This document shows positions 52,879 through 64,000 of a DNA stretch of 64,000 nt, in pieces. The DNA is from Takakia lepidozioides (lineage: Eukaryota > Plantae > Bryophyta). Where the stretch lies: the NCBI GenBank assembly GCA_030704615.1, contig CM060731.1, positions 23,002,001-23,066,000 on the forward strand. The letters are read 5' to 3'. The translations under genes were made by a program, and so were the position numbers. The first letter of the stretch is position 1. Each line of letters starts with the position of its first letter. The notes beneath the pieces were generated by a model that was not told where the DNA came from, searched no databases, and worked only from the letters and a program-made list of their open reading frames with translations.

Positions 52879-54479
52879 TCAGGGCAGCTGTTCGGTGGAC
52901 AGGTAGCGATGAAGTGTCGTCTTGGATGGTGATCCACAGGGATGCAAAATCCTCCCAAGCCGCTTCCGTGATGGGAAAGGACGGGGGGGGGGGGGACCTT
53001 TCCTATAGACCAGCGGGGTGATGCATGAGGCTTTTGGGGGATCTTCAATGTTGACCTCGGAGGAGCAGCGTAGAGAGATGTGCTGGAATGATTTGATGCT
53101 CATGCATATCCTAGCCACCGAAGGATTGCTGGCAATTCCCGTTAGCACCACTGTTTTTGAAGTGTTTGGCAGAATACCAGTGTCGGCCAAGGGGGGTGTT
53201 GGTGATGGAAGTACATCGCCTACCGGGATCCATTTGCCTTTCCTTTCCCAATTTGCCTTTTTAACTGCAGATTCTTGTCGCATGGGGTCAGCTCCATCTC
53301 TGAGTTTCTTTGGTACTGGTGAGGCCGGGCTGCTTGAATTCGTGGCTTTACCTTCCTGCCGCGTGGCTTGCAACAGGTCTGCCAGCGTTACCGGATCTCC
53401 AGCACATTTGAGGGAATAAGTTGCCTTTTGGGAGGGGGGCTGGATGTTCCTGGCCCCGCTTCTTTTTCTTTTACCTTCCTTGCAGTTAGCTTTGATATGG
53501 CCTACCTGTCCATAGTTGAAGCAGGATAGAGAAGCAGTTTCTTCCACCAGTCGGATGGTGTAATAATTGCCCTCCCTGTCAATGGGGAGTCTCACATAGG
53601 GTGGAAAAGAGTCCTCGTTGGGCATCATAACAAGAAATTTAGCACAGCCTGAGTCGTTCAGCCTTGAGGCAACAGTGGTGGAGTTCCATGTTGGGTCCAA
53701 CTTGAGATCTTCTGAGGTAAGCAAAGGATCAAACACCCCCATGCATCCCAGATAGAAATACCCAAAGTGTCTAGCAATATCTGGGAGGTTGTAAAGGTAT
53801 TGATCTGGAATAAATGGCACTGCGATGATTCTAGGCCCCCAAAGCTTACCCATTTCTGTTGCCTAGTTTGGAAGACCAAGGGAAGACATTGACATTGAAC
53901 CCATGGAGATGTGGGTTGAATTTCAAGGCCACATCTACCGCCTCTTGAGTCTCAAAGAGGATTGAGAAGAAGCCTCTACCTTTTGCATGGCAGAAGTGCT
54001 GCTTTAGCCCCCCTCTCCCCCCAAGATGGCGGGAGGCCCAGTCCCGAACATGAGCCCTGCTGACTTTTCTGCTTGGAGAGTGCAGCAAGACGCCCTTTTC
54101 CTCCATTGTAGTAACCCGATTGTCTAGACCATCCATGTCCACGTCCACCAAAAGACCACTCACCACTCATCGCTTCTTGCTCCTCTAATGTGTCTTTGAG
54201 GTAGTCTTGCTGATCGCAGGGGATGGGAGAGTCCTCCGTCGTTGGATTGAACATTGAATCAGGAGGAGGAACGATGGGCCGCTGCCAAGAGATGGAGGCC
54301 GCGTGGAGAGGTGGCGACTGAGGCCTGCCAGGAAACGAGCGATGAGGGGGGGGGGGGGGGGGGGGGGATTGATTAAGCCTGATGCGCCAGGAAGTAGCCG
54401 GTGCCCGAGGACGGCTGAGGACGGTTGACATGCTGGGTTCGTGGTGACCTCTGTAGAGTCCGCTTCCAGCCATTACCAT
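52879..54479 (-). pseudogene. LINE ORF1 (DUF4283-like region + degenerate zinc knuckle), frameshifted
   Basis: KGRGFFSILFETQEAVDVAL...VNVFPWS, LPDIARHFG and CFNYGQVGHIKANC (CX2CX4HX4C with the second C changed to Y). Confidence 0.8.
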
Positions 54480-54511
54480 GATTCCTTAGCTGGGACGAGT
54501 TGAATGGAGCC

Positions 54512-54513
<2 letters not shown>

Positions 54514-54553
<40 letters not shown>
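54514..54553. repeat. (GA)n microsatellite in the LINE 5' region
   Basis: About 20 GA units read directly. Confidence 0.95.
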
Positions 54554-54556
<3 letters not shown>

Positions 54557-55062
54557 ATTTGAGAGAAGTGGTGTGAGTGGGTTTGAAGACGATGCAAGAG
54601 TGAAGAGAAACCGGCGATGGAGACAAGAGCCCGCAGCGAGGCGGCAAGGTGGCGGGCTAATGGAAATGTTAATTTTATGGGGCCGACCAGATAGCAGTGT
54701 GTAGTAAAGGTTACGTTTGTGACGGCAACGGCACAGCCGTGTGAGGAATAGGACGGATCAATTGCGCAGTCAACCTGTAGTGGAGTTAATAGATATGACA
54801 GGGATGAAGGATGAGGGGGAGACGCTGAGATAGCAACCCATCGATCTCAGTCTCGATGTTAAGAACTGTGGCTTAGGTTTTCCTAAAGGAATTCATTTGA
54901 CTGCCACTCTATGGCTTGGTTTGGGTTCTTTGGGGGGATAATTCTTTGATTCTAGGAAGAACTCCACGCTAGGCCTTGCGAGAGAGACGAAGAGACCGTT
55001 GGGGGGCTCTTTCTCTCTCACCGTAGTTTGCGGAGCTCCTACATCGCGACCCCAGTTTTTCC

Positions 55063-55540
55063 TTTTAATTTTGCACTGAAAAATTTAAATTAAGTCGTAG
55101 TTTCGGGAGTGGGAGTTTTTAATTTCGCACTGAGAAATTTAAATTAAGTCGTAGTTTTAGGAGTGAGAGTTTTAATTTCGCACTGAGAAATTAAAATTAA
55201 GTAGTAATTTCGGGAGTGAGAGTTTTAATTTCGCACTGAGAAATTAAAATTAAGTAGGAGTTTCGGGAGTGCGAGTTTTAATTTCGCACTGAGAAATTAA
55301 AATTAAGTAGGAGTTTTGGGAGTGCGAGTTTTTATTTTCGCACTGAGAAAATAAACTTAAGTAGGAGTTTCGGGAGTGAGAGTTTTTAATTTTGCAATGA
55401 GAAAATAAAATGAAGCTAGGAGTTTCGGGAGTGAGTTTTTCGCACTGAGAAAATAAAATGAAGTAGGAGTTTCGGGAGTGAGAATTTTAATTTTGCACTG
55501 AGAAATAAAAATTAAGTAGGAGTTTTGGGAGTGAGAGTTT
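55063..55540. repeat. 53-bp minisatellite, right part (about 9 units), same orientation as the left part
   Basis: Period is 53 bp (for example AATTTCGCAC at 55227 and 55280). Confidence 0.92.
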
Positions 55541-56773
55541 ATTCATGGGACATGACAACCTTTAAGGTCTCTTGGAGTCTCAGCGCCCTTTTCTCAAAGT
55601 CTATCATGGAAAGGGCCTAGTACGGGGGATGAGGATAGCGTGAGGAAATCCCACGCCTATAGGGTAACATGTTTATCAGGTATAGGGGTTACTTGTTTCT
55701 TAAGTGTTGCTGTGAGGGCCTATGTGAGCAGTTAAAAATAGTTTTGCAATTGTTTTAGTTTCTCAATTTTCGTTTCGTTGAAGAATATTTGGAAGGCATC
55801 CTAGGAATATGCGGTATATTCGCTTGTGCTCACTCACTACCCAACCTCCTATCTTTACAATCTCTTGCTGCACAAGGACAATGCAGGGTAAGCTCGCACC
55901 CATGAATTCATAATTGAAGCACATACCATAACAGGAAAAATGACGTGGAAAAAACAGCTTACCGCTTACATATATTCCAAAAATGCGTATCTCATAAAAG
56001 TGTACTAGGTATCTTTGTTTTTAGAGGCCTCCCATATCGAAAATGTTTCATCTGCTGGACATCTTCCCCAGCTTCTACATACTTTCCAATGTATGCACAA
56101 GGTTCGTGGTGACACATGAAGTCTCAATTCCCTTGCACAAATTTCACCAACGTGCCGGTAAGGAAAATGCATGCTTCCAGTTTGATAGATGATTGTGATT
56201 ACATTTTGAGTTATGATTGATAGGTGTTACTATATTCTTCTTGCAATGTTCAAGAACTGGTGAGGGATGCCGTAAGCAGCCTTCGTTCTTAGTTCTCTCC
56301 TTGCAGAACCATGATTTCATTCTCAGAATTGTTAGAAATGTTTGCTTTATAGAGACATCATAAACCAACCGTTGCTTCAATATGGTATAAATAACTACAT
56401 AGCCTAAAATTATCTGCATTTTGGACAGGTAACAAATTTTGACACAGGAATGTTAAAAAAATTAGTCTATGAGTTCGGAATGCTCCTATGAGTGTCTTTC
56501 AAAATGCCTAAGGTTATGCCATGATGTGATCCTTTTTTTTGTTAAATGCACAGTTGCATCCGATCATGTTGCAATCACCTGCCTACTTCTGCCCAAACTC
56601 TCAAGTACTTTTAAGTGTTATAAATGGAGAAGAGGTATATCAATCTGCAGATGGGCGAACGGAAGGGAATGAGTTCTACAGTTAGTGTGTGAAAGAGAGA
56701 TGGAAGGGCTTGCAAAATGCCACTACGGAAAGGTCCTGCTACATTATTACTTGCCTGCTCGTGCTGAAGTTTG

Positions 56774-59523
56774 ATGGGCTTTCGAAGGCTACTCTCGAGT
56801 GTTGGGTAAGCGCTAACTCCATCCCTTGAGTCTGTAGTTTGAAGCAAGCACGAAGTGAGTACAATTACATGATCGTCTATTAAGAATGAAATGTTGTGAA
56901 GTTTAAAAGTTTTCCAGTTGTGACTTCAAATTCATGCAGAGAGGCGGGCTTTCAAGTCTGGAATCAGAGACAGCTCTTTGTTCTACGGCAGGTTGCCCCC
57001 CGCAGTCTTTGTACGTCCTTTATCACAACTGGTTCTAATGAAGGGCGTCAGGAAAGACGACAAGGGGAGATAGGCAGGCAGGACACTCGTGAAACTCGTG
57101 GGGATGTGAGCACAGTATGCGACGAGGGGCAATTGAAGGAGACAGGGCAGATGTTGGATCTTATGGAGCAACGAAACTTTAGGGCGTATTCCGATAAGTG
57201 TGCTAATCTCTTGCAGGGGTGTGCTAAGAAGAAAGCACTGGCTGATGGCAAGACGGTCCATGCCCACATAATGAATAGTGGATTCGAACCAGACATATTC
57301 CTAGGAAACACCCTCGTCAGCATGTATTTGAAGTGCGGGAGTGTTCTTGATGCGCGCCAAGTTTTCGACAAAATGCCTAAGCGGAATGTCATCTCATGGA
57401 ATGCGATGATTGCAGGATTAGCTCAGCAAGGGCATGGTGAAGAGGCATTCCAACTCTATCGTCAAATGCAAGAAGAGCACGTGAAGCCTAACAAGGTCAC
57501 CTTCATGAGCATCCTCAACACATGCGTTACCCCAGTAGCCCTAGAACAGAGCAAGTGGTTGCACTCTAGCATCATAAATGCTGGATTAGAGTCAGATGTC
57601 CGTGTGGGTACTGCCCTCGTTAGCATGTACTGCAAGAGCGGAAGGGTGGTGGATGCGTTGGAAGTGTTCGACAAAATGCCTAAACGAGATGTGGTCTCAT
57701 GGACTGCGATGATTGCAGGGTCTGCTCAGCAGGGTCATGGCGAGCTGGCTTTTGAACTCTTTCGGCAAATGCAAAGTGAAGGCCTGAAGGCAGACGAGGT
57801 CACTTTCTTGTGCATCCTTAACGCTTGTACCAGCCCATCCGCTCTTGAACAGGGCAGGTTTCTCCATGAGGGCATCATCAAAGCTGGATTTGAGTCAGAT
57901 ATGCGAGTGGGGACCGCCCTTCTCAATATGTATTGCAAGTGCGGCAGTTTGGATGACGCACGTCAAGTACTTGAAAAAATGCCTAAGCGAGATGTAGTCT
58001 CATGGACTGCGATGATTGCAGGATCTGCTCAGCATGGCAAGAATGAGGTGGCTCTTGAACTCTATCAGCAAATGCAAAGAGAAGGGGTGAAGCCTAACAA
58101 GGTTACTTTTATTAGTGTCCTCAATGCATGTGCCATCCCAGCAGCTCTGGAGCAGGGGAAGCTGCTCCATGCTGACATTATCAAATCTGGGTTTGAAGTT
58201 GATATCCGAGTCGGGACTGCCCTTGTCAGCATGTATTGCAAGTGTGGAAATGTAGTTGGTGCCCAGCAAGTGTTTAATAAGATGCCTAAGCGAGATTTGG
58301 TCTCATGGACTGTAATGATTGCAGGATCAGCTCAGCATGGCGAAAGTCAGGCGGCGATTGAACTCTTTCGGCAAATGCAAAGTGAAGGTGTGAAACCTGA
58401 TAAGTTCACTTTGGTTAGTACCCTCCACGCCTGTGGCAACCTAGCAGCCTTGGAAGAGGGCAAGTGGGTCCACACCAATATCATCAAATCTGAAATGGAG
58501 TTAGATATCGGCGTGGGAAATGCCCTGGTCGACATGTATGCAAAGTGTGGAAGTGTGGTGGATGCACAGCAAGTGTTTGACAAAATTCAACAACGAGACG
58601 TGGTCTCATGGACTGCAATGATCACTGGATATGCTCAACATGGCCATGGGAAGAAGGCCCTTCAACTCTTTGAACAAATGCAACGGGAAGGGGTGAAGCC
58701 GAATGCAGTCACGTTTATTGGTGCTCTCTTTGCTTGTGGCCATGAGGGCTTAGTAGAGGAAGGTCATCATTACTTCCTTTCTATGACTCGAGATCACAGT
58801 ATTGTACCCACAGGAAAGCACTGTGGTTGCATGGTGAACCTTCTTGGCCGTGCTGGGCTCCTGAATGAGGCAGAGGATTTTATCAACAAGATGCCATTTA
58901 AGCCCGCTGCTTCAGTTTGGGGGGCCTTGCTTGGTGCCTGCAGAATCCACTGCAACGTGGAGCTAGCAGAACGTGCTGCAGAATGCATCCTCAAATTGGA
59001 ACCACAAAATGCTGCAGTGTATGTCATATTGTCAAACATCTATTCTATGGCCGGCTTGTGGGATGATGTTGCAAAGGTGAGGAAAGTGATGGAGGACAGA
59101 AGTGTGAGGAAGGACCCTGGGCGTAGCTGGATTGAGGTGAACAATAGGATACATACATTTGTTGTAGAAGATACATCACACCCACAAACAGAAGAGATTA
59201 ATGCTAAACTGGACGCAATGAGTAGACAGATGAAGGCGGCAGGATATGTGCCCAACACAGGCTTTGTGTTGCATGATGTGGATCAGCAGACAAAGGAACA
59301 AGCTCTCTGCCATCACAGTGAAAAGCTGGCCATTGCTTTTGGGCTCCTCAGCACGTCCCCTGGGACAACTATCCGTATAATGAAGAATCTTCGGGTATGT
59401 GGCGATTGCCACACAGCCACCAAGTTCATATCCAAGATTGTTGGGCGTGAAATCATTGCAAGGGATGCTAACCGCTTTCATCACTTCAAAAATGGAGTGT
59501 GTTCTTGTGGGGATTATTGGTGA
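56774..59523 (+). CDS. Intact PLS-E-DYW PPR protein (C-to-U organellar RNA editing factor), probably mitochondrial
   Basis: A predicted 32-nt exon at 56774-56805 ([11 protein letters not shown]|gtaagc) splices in frame to 56940. Regular P-L-S triplets follow, then the PG box [19 protein letters not shown] and a terminal CSCGDYW. Confidence 0.95.
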
Positions 59524-62121
59524 TGATCAGTGAAACAAGCAACACAGGTCTTCCTATTTACTGGGGGGTGACTTGCATGCACTGCTGTTGCGGTCTGGGT
59601 GCTCCAGAGATATCAATAACGTCTGACCGGCTTATGTAGTGTTGCATGCCAAAGAAGTGAAGTAGCAGAAATCAGAAGATCCAATGCAGTATCTGCAGCA
59701 ACCAGGTAACAGAGAAGCTTGCCATGGCCCCTCGTTTAAGTTTTGAGGATGTGGCATCAATCTGTCTCTAACTTTGGGGAGGAACGCAGGGACACTTCAG
59801 TAGTTTGTAGAGAATTGTGCGAGTTAAACTCCAGCTAAGATTGATAGTTAGAGGGATATGATGAAGAGAGTGGTTGCCATTAGGTTGCTGTAACAACAAC
59901 ACCAAGAACATTGTTCCTGCACCTGTTCAGCAACTCCGAAAATATCGACCAAGCCCTGGTTGGGGTCTAATTGCTGGGCAGCTCACAAAAAGAAGACTGA
60001 TGCTTAGAGGATATCTGGAAAGCCCATACTAATTATTTGTAACAAGGTTAAGTCCCACACGAGCGGTGATAGGTGATCTCTTTGGGAAAAATTCGGGTCA
60101 AGGGGTTAGGGACAGGGTATTGAGTTGGCGATGCATGTAGGCTCTCTTAACATTCATGTATCTTCCGAGCTTTCATGCTTGATGTGGTTTCATGAACCTC
60201 TTCAGGTGTGGGTTTGGTGAATATTATTGGAAGGGGACAGAGGCAACTGCTGGTGCAGCTCACATCAGGCTACAAGTGGGTAATGTTGCAACTACCCAAG
60301 ACAGAAAGGTCAACCACAAAGTTCGGGTGTGATTGATACAGAGAGAAGAGAACTGAATATGACATATTGTCAGGACTCCATGTTACTTAACTAGAGACTA
60401 GAGCTCACAATTTTGATCTCGAAAGCGACAACGTAAAATAGCATTTATACAGTCCAAGATTGGGTGTCTTGTTCCTTTCGTGGTCCTAAGATTTAGTTTT
60501 AGTCCCAACAAGTTGAGACTTGACTTCCTCTAATCTAATCTTCTGTGTCGTGACAAATCCTCTCTCATACATCCTAGTGTACGATTGTCGAATTTCCAAA
60601 AGGAAGGCTCTCATGTCAAACACTTGGGATGGTTGGAGCATCGTAGCCTCACAGACACAATCAGTTGCCAATTGCTTAGATCAATCATCGATTGGTGGCA
60701 TGTGAGACCCAATTTAGTCAATCTCCCTTTGCGCCGGATCCAGTTGCATACCCATTGATCAATGCCTACTGTAAAGCAACTCCGAAGCAGTCAGACACCT
60801 CGGTGTGAGTCATCAAAAGTGCAGTGCCAGTGGTGGTGGAGTCACAGAAATAAGAACGCCCTGGCTGTCACAGGCGGAATGCAGCTAAGTGTGGCAGCTA
60901 AAGTAGAGTCAAAGGAGCGACAGTAAGAGCCACTTCCCTTACAGGTACAGCCCACTATTGGAGGTGGGCTGCAAAATGTCCACAGGGTGCCTGCCCATTC
61001 CATCGTGTAGGCTCATACAGTGAGCATTTCCATCCAGACGGTTGTCATTTCTCCTACCACGGATAAAGAACAATGTCAAACCTGGATCTCCACAAAGGCA
61101 ACACTGTAGAGACACCCAAAAAATTGCGCACAGATTTCCATGCAGACCTTTCTCCGGCATCCTTGCAGACTGGGGAATCGTGCCACAGCCTGGACCGGTA
61201 CTCTGCCACATGAAGCCCTGCAAGGCAAGGAGAAGCCAGGAGCTTGGGCACTGACCCGCCATCGCTGTGAGGCCTGCGAGCTCCTACCACCAAGAGCTTC
61301 CTACTCGGACTCGTTCTTCCCAGGAATTCAATTACCGCCCTAGAGGTAATACTATTAAACAATGGCCATTTTCCCAAATTAGGCATACGATAATTCGTGT
61401 ACACGCCGTCATTTTCGGTGCCTCATAGACTTATTACCCCTCCGTCTCTCTCGTCGTCGGCTGTTGACGAGAGAGAGATCCAGCATCGAGAAGGGTTTAG
61501 GTTATGGTGGACTGCTTTGCGTCAGGCGTGTGGTGTCTAGAGTCTTGCAACCCCGTTTAATGAATCTTAAGCTTCTTCTTCTTGTTCGTGTGCTGCTGCT
61601 TCACGTGTAGGTAGGCAGCTGTCGGGGTTTTGGTTCCGAGGGGCATGGGGGAGAAATGGGGCCTAAGTTAGGCATGTGATTTTTGTGTTGGTTGCCAATG
61701 TTGTCAGTCACTGCGCCAGCTGTGCGCAGTCCCAGTCTCATCTCCTGCTGCTTGAGAAGTGTCTGCGCCATTGTCCCCGAAGAAGTCCGCTTTGCAGTAC
61801 ATAGCGGCAGCATGTATGTGTATTTCAGGGCTGACATCGAGTGAAGGGGTCACATGGTGTCGGCTTTCCGGTCGGTTGCTTATTGCGGGTCTTAATTCTG
61901 CTACAGATTGCCGTTATGCCTCAGGTTCAGAGGCTACCGGGGGGAGAAATTAAGGGGGGGAAGAGTGGAATGGTGGTGTTGGAGTGAAGGAGTTCTGTAA
62001 TCAATGAGAGGATGTGGAGAAGCAAGATCACTTCTTGGCAAGTGTGGTGGAGATCAGGCTTCGAAGGAGGTTGGCATGCTGCAGAAGTGGGAGTTTATTT
62101 CGTAGTGCTCAAGTGAGGGAG

Positions 62122-63559
62122 ATGGCTGCAGCAAATTCTCAGAACCCTGGCGTGCGGACTCATTTTAAGACTCCCGAAGGTCGATACAATTTGTCTCATG
62201 AGAAGACCCATCCAACAGGCCTTCTCCATTATAGCCTTGGCAAGGTTATCACGCAGGTACTTTCCTCTCGCCTCCCCTCCCCTGCTCTATGCTAACCACA
62301 AAGCTCCATTTAACAGCCTCTCGACAACCTTTTCAAGGCTCGGATATCTTAAATAGTTGATTTTCTTAGAGACGTCTATGAGGATGTTCTAGAGGGGATG
62401 GTCTTCTGTTGACCCTGGACAAAGCAATGCCCATATTTTTGGAAGGCGTGACAGGCAATTGCTGCATGAATTGCCAGAGAATTGGTAGCCAGCAATAGGT
62501 TGTTGAACTATGACCCTAATCAGGGTACAACGACCTGGAGTCAAGGAGTATCTACCAATATTGGCAGTCACAGGCACGTCCTGTTGTAGTTTGGAAGTTG
62601 ACATTCGCCTGTAGAAATACTGCTTCAATCTCAATTGGCGTTGTAGAAATTATACTTCGCCCTGCTTGAAGTTTTATTCCACTAGGGCTTCTTCTTTCCA
62701 CCTTTGAAGTTTTTGGGAAGCTATTTTCAGGATGGCACATGACCAAGGATAATTGTGGCAGACATTCACTGGCCCCCTGTTGACTATGCAGGTGACATTG
62801 GCACACCTGAAGGACAAGCCAACCCAAACACCTTCAACCAGCAGTAGCTCCAGCAGTAGTAGTGGTGTTAGGTTGACACGGCTGTTGGGGGCCGGGAATG
62901 GGACAAGAGGGCTTGGTTTTGGTGGTGGCAATGGGTTCACCGGTAGGCTGAGTGGGACTAGCAAGTCAACAGCTATGGCTAGCACTGGCATGGGATTGAG
63001 CAATGGGCCCGCAGCCTCAAGTTTTGATGGAGAAGGCACCTATCTTGTTTTCAATGTGGGTGATGCGATCTTTATCAGTGACTACCATTCCCCAGACAAG
63101 GCAAGCCTTTTCATATCCATGACAACAATCTTGCATATGTACTTACTCACTTGGTGCTTATGTTACACATGAAAATTGAGGGGTAGTACAGTATTTTGTT
63201 GTCTAGCACAAGGGATGTTATTAGTTTTTTCCAAAAGCATGTTCTGTGATGAGATGAATGCCTGCAGGCAGCAATATTGCGATACTCCCCTCTGATTCTG
63301 TGGTCTTCAAGCCACAGAAAGGGTGGCGGTTCAGGTTCTTCTTGAGTATGATGCCTGGCATAAAGAAATTCCTGACAAAAGAAAAGCTGCTTCCAGTCTT
63401 GGCTTGGTTTTGCTGACGTGTATTTGGAATTTGTTTTTGGCATCATGCAGGAGCCAATAAAAGTGATTCATTTTAGTACTGCCAATCCTGTTTGTCACAC
63501 GTTTGACCCAGAAGCTAAAGATGGTCATGACCTTCTTATTGGGTTGAGCTCTGGAGATG
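62122..63559 (+). CDS. WDR20/DMWD/CreC-like WD40 protein, first three exons; gene continues beyond the window
   Basis: 62122-62256 gives MAAANSQNPGVRTHFKTPEGRYNLSHEK...VITQ|. 62792-63100 gives VTLAHLKDK...FDGEGTYLVFNVGDAIFISDYHSPDK|. 63451-63559 gives EPIKVIHFSTANPVCHTFDPEAKDGHDLLIGLSSGD. Confidence 0.85.
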
Positions 63560-64000
63560 GTGAGCCTATGAACTGCATTCCCTTGCTTTTGCTTCCTCCA
63601 TAATTCAACTGTTTAAACAAATTAGATTCCAATGTGAAGATATAGAGTTTAAAGTATGGTGTATAGTGCATTTCAGCCTCAATGGAGGCATCTGCTCGCT
63701 TTGCCTTGGGGCCTTCCATGAATGGCCCTCTGGTGCTCTTGTCTGCAGAGTATGACGACCTTAAAGACAGGTGCCAGAGCTGTTTCTCTCTGCAACAATC
63801 TTATGTTGATCAATGCATGGCTTCTTCTTCGAGTATAGAGTGTAGCATCTGCACTGATATGGTCATGGCCTACTATGGCACATCCACAAAGTACAAGACC
63901 CAGTACGTAAACATAAGAATGAGCTAGTAATCATTTGTGTATAACAGGGCAAATGATTCTCTCAGTACTTGCTAATCCTCTTAATGAACCAATCATAAGT

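Larger units (their letters stand above)
40100..55062 (-). mobile_element. Poly(A)-tailed LINE derivative encoding only ORF1, about 3.3 kb once the nested CACTA element is removed
   Basis: Poly(T) at 40100-40121 abuts the minisatellite, and the array resumes at about 55063. ORF1 pieces lie at 52879-54479. No endonuclease or RT motifs were seen between ORF1 and the tail. Confidence 0.65.

Noticed and set aside
39844-55540. Palindromic 53-bp arrays as a CRISPR array
   Set aside because: There are no unique spacers (whole units repeat), no cas genes, and the context is eukaryotic.
60480-61400. Possible small spliced minus-strand gene divergent from the WDR20-like gene
   Set aside because: Splice-like signals exist, but I could not assemble a stop-free, recognisable protein.

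Overview
Nuclear DNA from a land plant, probably seed-free (bryophyte, lycophyte or fern). This is inferred from short spliceosomal introns, several PLS-class PPR/DYW loci and plant-type transposons. Host genes: an FY/WDR33 3'-end-processing gene (minus strand, multi-exon); a DnaJ-DUF3444 gene plus a truncated tandem duplicate; a PLS PPR gene whose spliced N-terminus carries an OSB-type 'PDF' ssDNA-binding motif and whose DYW tail has decayed; a SAP-like/KEN-box protein with four 82-aa repeats; an intact PLS-DYW editing factor; and the 5' part of a WDR20/CreC-like WD40 gene. About 39.8-55.5 kb is a nested insertion. A 53-bp palindromic minisatellite is split by a poly(A)-tailed element that encodes only LINE ORF1. 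That element is split by an 11.6-kb CACTA element (terminal inverted repeats, CGA target-site duplication), which holds a second LINE fragment. The CACTA element has head-to-head TnpD/TnpA genes, an FCP1/NIF-like phosphatase domain inside the TnpA-like gene, and captured ribosomal protein eL27 exons. The most unusual observations are the PDF-PPR fusion and the phosphatase-carrying CACTA element. All calls come from reading the sequence by eye; no database searches were run and splice models are predictions.
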